From Patescibacteria group bacterium (lineage in GTDB: Bacteria > Patescibacteriota > Microgenomatia > CAYGWK01), in contig JBMORX010000002.1 in NCBI GenBank assembly GCA_049322615.1, positions 11,171-75,170 of the forward strand: 64,000 bases of DNA, given 5' to 3'. Within the stretch, counting starts at the first letter, position 1; every line of letters starts with the position of its first letter. Below, piece after piece: positions 55,088 to 63,164 of the stretch. Both the position numbers and the translations under genes were made by a program. A model generated the notes under the pieces. The model was not told the origin of the DNA and ran no database searches. It saw only the letters and a list, made by a program, of their open reading frames with translations.

Positions 55088-55528
55088 ATGCGTGTTACCA
55101 ATCGTCGGGCTTCTCATGATTACCAACTATTTGAAAAATTTGAGGCCGGAATTGCCCTTTCTGGTCCAGAGGTCAAATCAGTTAGGGAAGGAAAAATTTC
55201 TTTAGAGGGCTCATTTGCCAGAATTGCCGGGGGCGAGGCTTGGCTTTTTAATTGTCATATTCATCCTTATCGCTTTGCTGATACTCGAGATTTGGATCCC
55301 TCAAGACCAAGAAAAATTTTGCTTCATAAAAAGGAAATAATTTCTTTAGAGTCAAAAATGAAGCAAAAAAGATTGACCTTAGTGCCTCTGGCGTGCTATA
55401 CTAAAGGACGGTTGATTAAGATAGAGCTGGCTTTAGGAAAAGGGAAGAAAGAGTTTGAGAAACGGAAAGCAATTAAGGAACGAGATAGACAGAGAGAGCA
55501 AGAGCAAGAGTTAGCTGGTTCCGAATAA
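55088..55528 (+). CDS. smpB: SsrA-binding protein
   Basis: 'NRRASHDYQLFEKFEAGIALSGPEVKS' and 'LLHKKEI' are present, with a basic C-terminal tail. Confidence 0.85.
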   Translation: MRVTNRRASHDYQLFEKFEAGIALSGPEVKSVREGKISLEGSFARIAGGEAWLFNCHIHPYRFADTRDLDPSRPRKILLHKKEIISLESKMKQKRLTLVPLACYTKGRLIKIELALGKGKKEFEKRKAIKERDRQREQEQELAGSE

Positions 55529-55598
55529 GAGAATGCAACCGCAGATGACACAGATTAATTAAGGATTACACGGATTATCTGTGTAATCTGTGGTTCTG

Positions 55599-55954
55599 GG
55601 GGACGCAATAGGTTTCGACGGGAAATTGTTCTTTAAAACAGCAGGTGTCCGTTGATCCCTGAGGACTAAAACAGGGTCAAAAAATAAATGTTAGCAACAG
55701 TAATGTTGCTCCAGTTTATGCTTTAGCATAAACTTGCGTCTGGAAAGTTTTTCTCGACGAAGCTTCCAGGTGTGAACAAAGTCGAGGCGCAACAAATTGG
55801 GTTTGGTTTACCTGATTTGCCAAGCTTAACAAACCTTTGCCTTTGGTTTCCTGTTAGCCGGAAAAGCTAAGGGCGAGATTAAAAGACTAACTAAATCTGT
55901 AGAAGTTTTAAAGGATATTTTTCGGAAGAGGGATCATTCCCCTCCGTCTCCACC
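55599..55954 (+). ncRNA. ssrA: tmRNA (ssrA)
   Basis: The 5' end 'GGGGACGCAATAGGTTTCGACGGG' matches the tmRNA consensus GGGG...GGATTCGACGGG. The 3' end is tRNA-like with a T-arm 'GGGATCATTCCCCTCC' and an acceptor CGTCTCC-ACC pairing the 5' GGGGACG. A candidate tag ORF '...NVAPVYALA*' ends at TAA near 55700. It sits immediately downstream of smpB. Confidence 0.7.
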
Positions 55955-56064
55955 GCGTAAAATTCCTCAAGTCGCAAGGCGACTTTCGGAATCACGCGGT
56001 AAACCATTCTAATAATATAAAGATTAGGCGAATTTTACGCCACCGTAAATGATATAATAACCGC

Positions 56065-56319
56065 GTGTATTATGTTTATATTCTTCAAAGCCTCAAAGAT
56101 GGAAGTCTCTATTTTGGCTACACTCCAGACTTAAAAAATCGTTTAATAAAACACAACTCTGACCAAGTTTTCTCAACCAAAGGCAAAACTCCATTTAGGC
56201 TAATTTATTATGAGGCATATTTTAATAGAAAGGACGCTACTGGCAGAGAGAAATTCTTAAAAAGTGGAGCAGGCTGGCGGTTCATCAAAAAACAACTATT
56301 TCATTATTTCAATGGGTAG
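56065..56319 (+). CDS. GIY-YIG nuclease-domain protein (YhbQ/UPF0213-like)
   Basis: 'YYVYILQSLKDGSLYFGYTPDLKNRLIKHN' is the GIY-YIG core. Confidence 0.7.
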   Translation: MYYVYILQSLKDGSLYFGYTPDLKNRLIKHNSDQVFSTKGKTPFRLIYYEAYFNRKDATGREKFLKSGAGWRFIKKQLFHYFNG

Positions 56320-57052
56320 TGTTTCGAAATTTCCTTGGCACGTGGTCCGCGAAAGCGGACTTTACGTGCTAGATTTTTTCTTCCCCAAAAAATGTCTTGG
56401 TTGCGGAAAAACTGGCGGATATTTTTGTCCGGAATGTCTAAATTTTGTTTCTTTGGATCCTCAAAGAATTTGTCCGGTTTGTGAAAGACTCTCAATTGGT
56501 GGTCGAACTCATCCTGGTTGTCAAACCCAAACTACTCTTGATGGTTTAACCTCAATTTTTAGTTATAAAGGCATAATTAAAAAAGGGATTAGTAAACTGA
56601 AATATCATTTTGTTTCTGATTTAGCCTCGGATTTGGTCGAAATCTTTTTGGGCCTTTGCGGTGAAGATAAAACTTTTAGCGATTTTTGTTTGGAGAAACA
56701 TCCTTGTTTAGTCCCCATTCCTCTTCATCCAAGAAGAGAAAAATGGCGCGGGTTTAATCAATCAGCCCTTTTAGGAAAAATGATTGCCAAAAATCTTAAT
56801 TTGGATTTTGCTCCAGATTTGATAAAGCGAATTAAAAACACCAAACCCCAAATAAAACTTAAAGAAAAAGAAAGAAAAGAAAACATCAAAGGTGCCTTCA
56901 GAGTTTCTCCCACTTCACACTTCGCTCTTCTCACTTCGCCCTTGATCCTTTTTGACGACGTCTGGACGAGTGGGGCAACCTTAAAAGAAGCGGGAGAAGT
57001 ACTAAAACGCGCAGGAGCCAAAAAGGTTTGGGGATTAACTTTGGCGAGGTAG
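56313..57052 (+). CDS. comF: ComF-family protein (double zinc ribbon plus phosphoribosyltransferase domain)
   Basis: 'CLGCGK...CPECL' and 'CPVCER...HPGC' are the zinc ribbons. The C-terminal PRTase 'LFDDVWTSGATLKEA' is present. There is an in-frame repeat insert 'SPTSHFALLTSPLI' at 56907-56947. Confidence 0.65.
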
Positions 57053-57139
57053 CGGTGGGAGAGGGATTCGAACCCCCGTGTCCCTTGCGAGACGCATGGT
57101 TTTCAAGACCAGCCTGTTAAACCGCTCCAGCATCCCACC
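57053..57139 (-). tRNA. tRNA-Ser (anticodon TGA)
   Basis: The reverse complement folds with acceptor GGTGGGA/TCCCACC, anticodon loop CTTGAAA, a long variable arm and a T-loop TTCGAAT. Confidence 0.65.
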
Positions 57140-57146
57140 AAAAGAG

Positions 57147-57235
57147 CGGAGGGTGTGGGATTCGAACCCACGGACGGTTTGTTGAAACCGTCACGGTTTA
57201 GCAAACCGTTCCTTTAACCACTCAGGCAACCCTCC
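57147..57235 (-). tRNA. tRNA-Ser (anticodon GCT)
   Basis: The reverse complement folds with acceptor GGAGGGT/ACCCTCC, anticodon loop TTGCTAA and a long variable arm. Confidence 0.65.
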
Positions 57236-57305
57236 TGATATCAGCGATTAAAAGTATAACAAATATTGATTTTGAATTCAATGAAAATGTGGTAAAATAT
57301 AGACA

Positions 57306-57884
57306 ATGCCTACCCAAGACAAAGAAGATAAAGAAAGCACCTTGAAAACCGAATCCTTCGGCTCGGCTCAGGACAAGCCAATTGAGGTTTTGCCGGTAAG
57401 GGAGGTTAAGACTTTACTTTCCTGGAAGGCGCCAATAAGACCTTTTAAGACCAGAAATCGGGAATTTTGGACAACGGTTGGTTCAATTGCCTTCCTTTTG
57501 GCGGTTATTCTTCTTTTTATTAAAGAGTGGCTTTTGATTGTCGTTATTGCCGCCCTTATTTTTGTTTATTATGTCTTATCTTCAGTTCCCCCAGAGGAGA
57601 TTGAACACCAAATTACCAACCGAGGAGTCCGTTTTGCTAGCAAAGAATATCTTTGGGAAGAAATTTCCCAATATTGGATTTCCGAAAAGTGGGGACAGAA
57701 GATTTTAAATCTTGAAACCAAATTTAGGTTTCCGGGAAGACTTGAACTTTTATTTAAGGTTGGAGATGAAGGAAAAATTCGCGAGATTTTGAAAAAATAT
57801 CTTCCCGAGGAAACACCCCCTCCTTCTTTTTTGGACCGAGCCTCAAGTTGGCTTGCAAAAAAAGTTCCACTTGAAATATCGTAA
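57306..57884 (+). CDS. Hypothetical two-TM membrane protein
   Basis: 192 aa with TM helices 'VGSIAFLLAVILLFI' and 'LIVVIAALIFVYYVL'. Confidence 0.4.
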   Translation: MPTQDKEDKESTLKTESFGSAQDKPIEVLPVREVKTLLSWKAPIRPFKTRNREFWTTVGSIAFLLAVILLFIKEWLLIVVIAALIFVYYVLSSVPPEEIEHQITNRGVRFASKEYLWEEISQYWISEKWGQKILNLETKFRFPGRLELLFKVGDEGKIREILKKYLPEETPPPSFLDRASSWLAKKVPLEIS

Positions 57885-57906
57885 AGACTGATGAGCACAG
57901 ATTTGG

Positions 57907-57980
57907 GCGCCCATAGCTTAACTGGATAGAGCAGTTGCTTGCGGAGCAACAGGTTGCCTGTTCAAATCAGGCTGGGCGCA
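57907..57980 (+). tRNA. tRNA-Arg (anticodon reads GCG; ACG would be the usual bacterial form)
   Basis: Acceptor GCGCCCA/TGGGCGC, D-arm TAGCTTAACTGGATAGAGC, anticodon stem GTTGC/GCAAC with loop TTGCGGA, and T-arm GCCTG-TTCAAAT-CAGGC. Confidence 0.55.
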
Positions 57981-58006
57981 CACTTCGCTTTGCTCAGTGC
58001 AAGCCA

Positions 58007-58088
58007 GGAGGGTGGGCAGGACGGTAATGCGCCCGCCTCGAAAGCGGGTGTCCGCAAGGGCTAACAGGTTCGACTCCTGTACCCTCCG
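58007..58088 (+). tRNA. tRNA-Ser (anticodon CGA)
   Basis: Acceptor GGAGGGT/ACCCTCC, a 3-bp D-stem typical of Ser, anticodon stem CCCGC/GCGGG with loop CTCGAAA, and a long variable arm. Confidence 0.55.
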
Positions 58089-58192
58089 CACCTCGCTTCG
58101 CTCGGTGTAAACTAGCTTGCCCTGAGGAGCGAAGCGACGAAGGGTCCCTGTAGCTTAACGGATTAGAGCAGCCCGCCAAAAATTTGCGGTTT

Positions 58193-58265
58193 GCCCTCGT
58201 AGCTTAATGGATAAAGCGGTGGCTTCCGGAGCCAAAGATTGGGGGTTCGACTCCCTTCGAGGGCA
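58193..58265 (+). tRNA. tRNA-Arg (anticodon CCG)
   Basis: Acceptor GCCCTCG/CGAGGGC (7/7), D-arm GCTT-AATGGATA-AAGC, anticodon loop TTCCGGA on a 4-bp stem, and T-loop TTCGACT. Confidence 0.55.
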
Positions 58266-58381
58266 CCCCGTCGAACGTGGCTGTCGCGTTTGACGCGACG
58301 CAAATTTAGGCGGGATATGCGAGTTCAATTCTCGCCAGGGGCACATAACAATAGCAAATAGTAAATTGCAAATAGCAAATA

Positions 58382-58825
58382 GTGAAAAAGCAAAAAGTTA
58401 AAAGAGAATTCTCGGCTGGCGGAGTAGTTTTTCGCCGAGAACCAGAAGGAATTCTTTGGCTGGTGATAAAGCCAGCAGGAAGTGAGAAATGGCGCTTACC
58501 TAAGGGTTGGATTGGGAAAAATGAGAGTTCCCTTGAGGCAGCCAAAAGAGAAGTAGCCGAAGAAGCAGGAGTTAAGGCTGAAGTTTTGGGTAAAGTGGGT
58601 AGCGAAAAATATTTTTTTGTTCAAGGTAAAGAGAAAATCTTAAAAAACGTGGTTTTTTATTTAATGGAGTATCTTCAGGAAGCAGAAACAGGTTTTTCTT
58701 GGGAAACGGAGAAAATTGATTGGTTACCATTTAAAGAAGCCAAAGAGCGACTGGCTTTTGCCAAAGAAAAGGAAATTTTAGAAAAAGCAGCACTGAAAGT
58801 TTGCGAAGCGCAAACCACGTGCTAG
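58382..58825 (+). CDS. NUDIX hydrolase
   Basis: Nudix box 'GWIGKNESSLEAAKREVAEEAGV'. Confidence 0.65.
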   Translation: MKKQKVKREFSAGGVVFRREPEGILWLVIKPAGSEKWRLPKGWIGKNESSLEAAKREVAEEAGVKAEVLGKVGSEKYFFVQGKEKILKNVVFYLMEYLQEAETGFSWETEKIDWLPFKEAKERLAFAKEKEILEKAALKVCEAQTTC

Positions 58826-58910
58826 TCGCGTTAATTTCCGAAGAAATTTTACGCGACAAAAGAAATACTGGAGAAAGGTTTGTAACCAACGCTAGTTTAA
58901 TTAATTAAAC

Positions 58911-58939
58911 TTGACAAAATATTCATCAATTTGTATAAT
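58911..58939 (+). promoter_or_regulatory. Consensus sigma-70 promoter for the Phd-VapC operon
   Basis: TTGACA at 58911-58916 and TATAAT at 58934-58939 with a 17-nt spacer. Confidence 0.5.
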
Positions 58940-58951
58940 TATAATAATTAT

Positions 58952-59221
58952 ATGAAAACCGTCTCGGCTTATAAAGCCAGAACCAACTTTGGCGAACTTC
59001 TTAATGAGGTTTATTATCGTGGAGAGGAGATAACCGTGGAAAAAATGGGCAAACCGGTAGTAAAAATCATTCCCCTGAAAAAAGAAGAAAGGGTGAGTAA
59101 AAATCCCTTTCTCGCCGCTGCCGGTTCCTGGAAAGAGGTGAAAGCAGAAAAACTGATCAAAGAAATTTATCGGCGGCGCAAGGATGATAGTAGGAAGAGA
59201 AAATTCTTGGTGATTTCATGA
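58952..59221 (+). CDS. Phd/YefM-family antitoxin
   Basis: 'MKTVSAYKARTNFGELLNEV...EEITVEKMGKPVVKIIP' is the Phd/YefM N-terminal fold. It overlaps the PIN gene by 4 nt. Confidence 0.55.
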   Translation: MKTVSAYKARTNFGELLNEVYYRGEEITVEKMGKPVVKIIPLKKEERVSKNPFLAAAGSWKEVKAEKLIKEIYRRRKDDSRKRKFLVIS

Positions 59222-59601
59222 AGTATCTTGTCGATTCAGACCAAATTATTTGGTATTTGAAAGGCAAGCCGGCGGTGGTTAGAAAACTCCAAACTCTTCA
59301 GAGAGAATTGGCGGTGAGTGTTATTTCCGTTGGCGAGGTGGCCGAGGGAATCGTGGGCGAGAAAGATGAGGAGAAAAAATTAGGAGGGCTAAAGAATTTT
59401 TTAGAGGGAATTGAAGTTTTGGAGATTAACCAGGAAATTGCCTTTCAATTTGCCAAAGTACGGGCAAGTCTTAGGAAAAAGGGTAGGTTGATTGATAACT
59501 TTGATCTTCTAATCGCTGCCACTTGTCTTACGCATAACTTGATTTTAATCACAGAAAATAAAAAAGATTTTGCCAGGATTGGGGGCTTAAGAATAGAGTG
59601 A
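59218..59601 (+). CDS. vapC: PIN-domain toxin VapC
   Basis: 'YLVDSDQIIWYL' and 'DLLIAATCLTHNLILITEN' carry the acidic PIN residues. Confidence 0.65.
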   Translation: MKYLVDSDQIIWYLKGKPAVVRKLQTLQRELAVSVISVGEVAEGIVGEKDEEKKLGGLKNFLEGIEVLEINQEIAFQFAKVRASLRKKGRLIDNFDLLIAATCLTHNLILITENKKDFARIGGLRIE

Positions 59602-59606
59602 TTTTG

Positions 59607-59693
59607 GGAGGCGTGCCAGAGTGGTCGATTGGGCAGCACTGGAAATGCTGTATATCCGTAAGGGTATCAGAGGTTCGAATCCTCTCGCCTCCG
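59607..59693 (+). tRNA. tRNA-Ser (anticodon GGA)
   Basis: Acceptor GGAGGCG/CGCCTCC, anticodon stem CAGCA/TGCTG with loop CTGGAAA, a long variable arm and T-arm AGAGG-TTCGAAT-CCTCT. Confidence 0.6.
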
Positions 59694-59937
59694 CAGCGTA
59701 AGAGCGTTTTCGCCAAAAGCGAATTACGCTCAATGTTGCTGGAACGTTGAACGAATAATACCACAAGTTAAATTAACGTTACAGAAAATAAAAAATAATA
59801 CGAAATATTCCATACCCTTTAAAGACAATATTATTAGAGTCCAAGCACCTGCTCACAAGGCAGAACGAAGTTTAAAATTTTGTATAGATTTTCTTTTACC
59901 TAAAGGAACACCGATAGTCGCTGCTCGTTCAGGGACA

Positions 59938-60276
59938 GTGACTGCTTGCCAAGATAGATATAAGCGATCGTACAAATCCCCTAAATTTGCCGGAAGAAGG
60001 AATTTTATAGTTATCCGCCACACCAATGGAGAAAGTAGTGTCTATGTGCATCTTAAACACCGTTCAATTAAGGTGAAAAAGGGTCAAAAAGTAAGACGGG
60101 GACAAGTCATAGCCTTAAGTGGCCAGGTTGGCTTTGCTACCTATCCCCACTTGCACTTTGGCGTATATCGAGGCACATATTTAAAAGGAGGAGTTAGTGT
60201 CAAAGTCACCTTTGACAAGAAGCTTGGTCCCGAAATACCTTTATACCTTGCAGAAGCCCTAGGTAAATATCTATAG
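59938..60276 (+). CDS. Peptidase M23 (LytM-like) C-terminal region; the catalytic core lies upstream of the only canonical start
   Basis: 'HLHFGV' is the HxH motif. The same frame stays open upstream to ~59700 and encodes 'IDFLLPKGTPIVAARSGTV' (the M23 G.D...GTPV.A...G.V core) with no ATG, GTG or TTG in frame. Confidence 0.4.
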   Translation: MTACQDRYKRSYKSPKFAGRRNFIVIRHTNGESSVYVHLKHRSIKVKKGQKVRRGQVIALSGQVGFATYPHLHFGVYRGTYLKGGVSVKVTFDKKLGPEIPLYLAEALGKYL

Positions 60277-60313
60277 GAGAATTGGAATTTTAACAGAATT
60301 TATAAGTGAATTA

Positions 60314-61306
60314 ATGAGAAAAATTTTAATTATCTTAGGGATTTTGGTTTTGGGAGGAGTGGTTTTTTATTTTTTCCGACCGAAAACTACCAGTTATTCT
60401 CCTACTCCACTGCCCAAAATTGAGTTATCTTTTGTCAAAGGAATGTATTTGCCTTCGGCTCTTGCCCCTGCCCGCCAACCAATGGCTGAGCCGGCTCGAT
60501 TAAAAGAATTAGGCGTAAATTTAGTTGCCTTTACGGTTGAATATAAAGTCAATGAAAAGGGAGAGCAGCAAAGAGACCCTTGGGGAATAGTCGCCAGTAA
60601 AGGTCAGAACCTGGATGAGCGCGTGATTTCAACAATCAGAAAATACAAAGAGGCAGGTTTTGCTGTATTGGTTGTACCTCGAATTCGCTATCTGCCAAAA
60701 GGGAGGGGCGAGCCCTTGGGTATCCCGGAAAATCTGCAAAATGATCCTAAGTTTTTTGAAGGTTTTAATAAATTTGTCTTACATTTGGCAGAGATTGCCC
60801 AAAAAGAAAATGTCGAATTTTTTACGCCGGCTGATGAGCCAGATTATACCATGGGACCATTTCGAGCAGCTACCTGGATGCAAGAGATTTTACCCCAAGT
60901 TCGGGCTCGTTTTAAAGGTAAACTGGTCTATAAGGGTGGTTTTTCTCCGCCAGGGGAAATTTCTTGGTTTAATTTTGCTGGTTATGATATTGCGGGAACG
61001 ACCATCGTCGTTTTGGATTATTATAATGAGGAGCAATACCGAAAGATGGCAAAAAAGCAGATTGCTGACCTGGCAGAAGTGGCTCAAAAACGGGATAAAG
61101 TCCCGGAAATCTGGGTCAGTGGTTTTGGGGTGGTGGAGATGACAAGAAATCCCCTTAACGAGAATCAAAAAGCTGATATCTACAGGATTGTTTTTGAAGA
61201 AGCGGTCGGAAAAACCACTGGTCTTATACCTTGGGAGAACCCGCCTAACCCTCTGAAAGATACCTTAATGGAAAAAGTGATTAGGGAATGGTTTACCAAG
61301 ATATAA
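60314..61306 (+). CDS. Membrane-anchored TIM-barrel glycoside-hydrolase-like protein
   Basis: An N-terminal TM helix is present. 'FFTPADEPDY' resembles the GH5/GH26 catalytic NEP-type motif. The assignment is tentative. Confidence 0.35.
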   Translation: MRKILIILGILVLGGVVFYFFRPKTTSYSPTPLPKIELSFVKGMYLPSALAPARQPMAEPARLKELGVNLVAFTVEYKVNEKGEQQRDPWGIVASKGQNLDERVISTIRKYKEAGFAVLVVPRIRYLPKGRGEPLGIPENLQNDPKFFEGFNKFVLHLAEIAQKENVEFFTPADEPDYTMGPFRAATWMQEILPQVRARFKGKLVYKGGFSPPGEISWFNFAGYDIAGTTIVVLDYYNEEQYRKMAKKQIADLAEVAQKRDKVPEIWVSGFGVVEMTRNPLNENQKADIYRIVFEEAVGKTTGLIPWENPPNPLKDTLMEKVIREWFTKI

Positions 61307-61355
61307 AAGCCTTCCCCGAATTGAAATCTGCTTCAATTTAGGCTAAAATTCAACT

Positions 61356-63152
61356 GTGGATCAGTTAGAAGAGATTCGCTCCAAAATTGATATTGTTCAG
61401 TTAATCTCCGAGTATTTGCCCTTGAAAAAATCCGGGCGGAATTTTAAGGTTTTATGTCCTTTTCATTCGGAAAAAACCCCCTCTTTTATGGTTTCTCCAG
61501 AAAGGCAAATCTGGCACTGTTTTGGCGCCTGCAACGACGGTGGAGATATCTTTAAGTTTTTAATGAGAATGGAGGGGATGGAATTTGGCGAGGCTCTGCG
61601 GACTTTGGCAAAAAGAGCCGGAGTTAAACTTGCCCCTTATCGACCTGGTCCTGGCGAAGAAGAAAAAGAAAAACTCTATCAAATAAATCATTTGGCAAGC
61701 GAGTTTTATCATTATCTTTTACTTCACCATCCAATTGGCAAGAGGGCTTTAGATTATATTTTAGGTCGGGGAATTAGAAGAGAATCAGTTCAATTATTTA
61801 AACTAGGTTATGCCCCTCCTCTTTTTTGGGGACTTCAGAAATTTTTAGTCGGTAAAAAATCTTTTAAGCCAGAAGAATTACTGAAAGCAGGTTTGGTAGT
61901 TAAACAAAACGGTCAATATCGGGATTTCTTCCGGGAAAGAATCATCTTTCCCCTCAAAGATCATCGGGGGAATATCGTTGGTTTTTCAGGCAGGGTGATT
62001 GGGCAGTGGCGTGAAGAAGAGGCAGAAAAGACTGGGCCAAAGTATATAAACATCCCCGAAACCCTGGTCTATAAAAAAGGAAATCTTCTTTATGGATTAG
62101 AAATAGCCAAAAATGCGATTAAAAAGAAGAATCAGGCAATCGTGGTTGAAGGTGAACTTGACTTAATCTCTTGTTATCAGGCTGAAGTTGAGAATGTGGT
62201 GGCAATCAAAGGGAGTGCCTTAACCGAGGACCAAGTCAAACTTCTTAAGAGGTTTTGTGAGAATCTTGCCCTGGCAATGGATCAGGATATTGCCGGAGAT
62301 CAAGCCGCAAGAGGGGGAATTGAGATTGCTGACTTTTATGGTCTTTCAATTCGGGTAGTTAAAATTCCTCAAGGTAAAGATCCAGATGAACTGGCCCAAA
62401 AGAACCCCGAACTCTTAAAAAAGGTTGTTGAAGAGGCGATTCCGATTTATGATTTTTATCTTGACTCCACCTTTTCTCGCTTCGACAGCAAGACTTCTGA
62501 AGGAAAGAAAAAAATAGGCGAGGAACTTTTGCCAATTTTCTCCAAGATTTCTGATGAGATTGTTAAGGGCCATTATCTCAGGATTCTGGCAGACAAACTT
62601 GGAGTTTCTGAAGAGGCAATTTTGGCGCAAATGGCAAAAATTAAAGAGAAACCAGAGTTTGCCCCCAGAAAAGAAGAGATTAAGAAAATCGAGACCAAAA
62701 CAAGAAGAGAGGTTTTGGAAGAATATCTTTTTGCTTTGGTTTTTCAAGGCGACAGGCAAAATATTTTGCTTAAACCCCAAATTAGAAAACTTGTAAAAAC
62801 TCCCTTTTTTGTCCGAATTTTAGAATTTTTAAGTACAGTCTTGAAAAAGAAAAAGGCTCGTTTCAAAAGCGAAGAATTTGCGGAAAAGTTGCCTTCCGAA
62901 CTTTTGGAGATATTCAATGGATTTTATCTTAAAGACTTGGGAGAGAAGGTGATGGAAGAAAGTTGGACTAAGAAAGAACTTGAAAAGGCAGTTTTTGAAC
63001 TTGAGAAACTTGAGGCAAAAGAAAAACTTAAAATGCTTTCTTACGAAATGGCAGTTTGTGAGAAGAAAAATGATTTAAAGAAACTCCAGAAACTAAAGGA
63101 AGAATTTAAGAAAATTTCCCAAAAAATATCTGAATTAGGTTCAAGATTGTGA
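61356..63152 (+). CDS. dnaG: DNA primase (GTG start)
   Basis: '[25 protein letters not shown]' is the CHC2 zinc finger and '[15 protein letters not shown]' the TOPRIM motif. Confidence 0.85.
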   Translation: [598 protein letters not shown]

Positions 63153-63164
63153 TATAATTTAAAT

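Noticed and set aside
58178-58308. Group I intron in the split tRNA-like gene
   Set aside because: The 131-nt intervening segment is too short for a group I intron and is largely occupied by a well-formed tRNA-Arg. It is reported as an unexplained split or nested tRNA arrangement.
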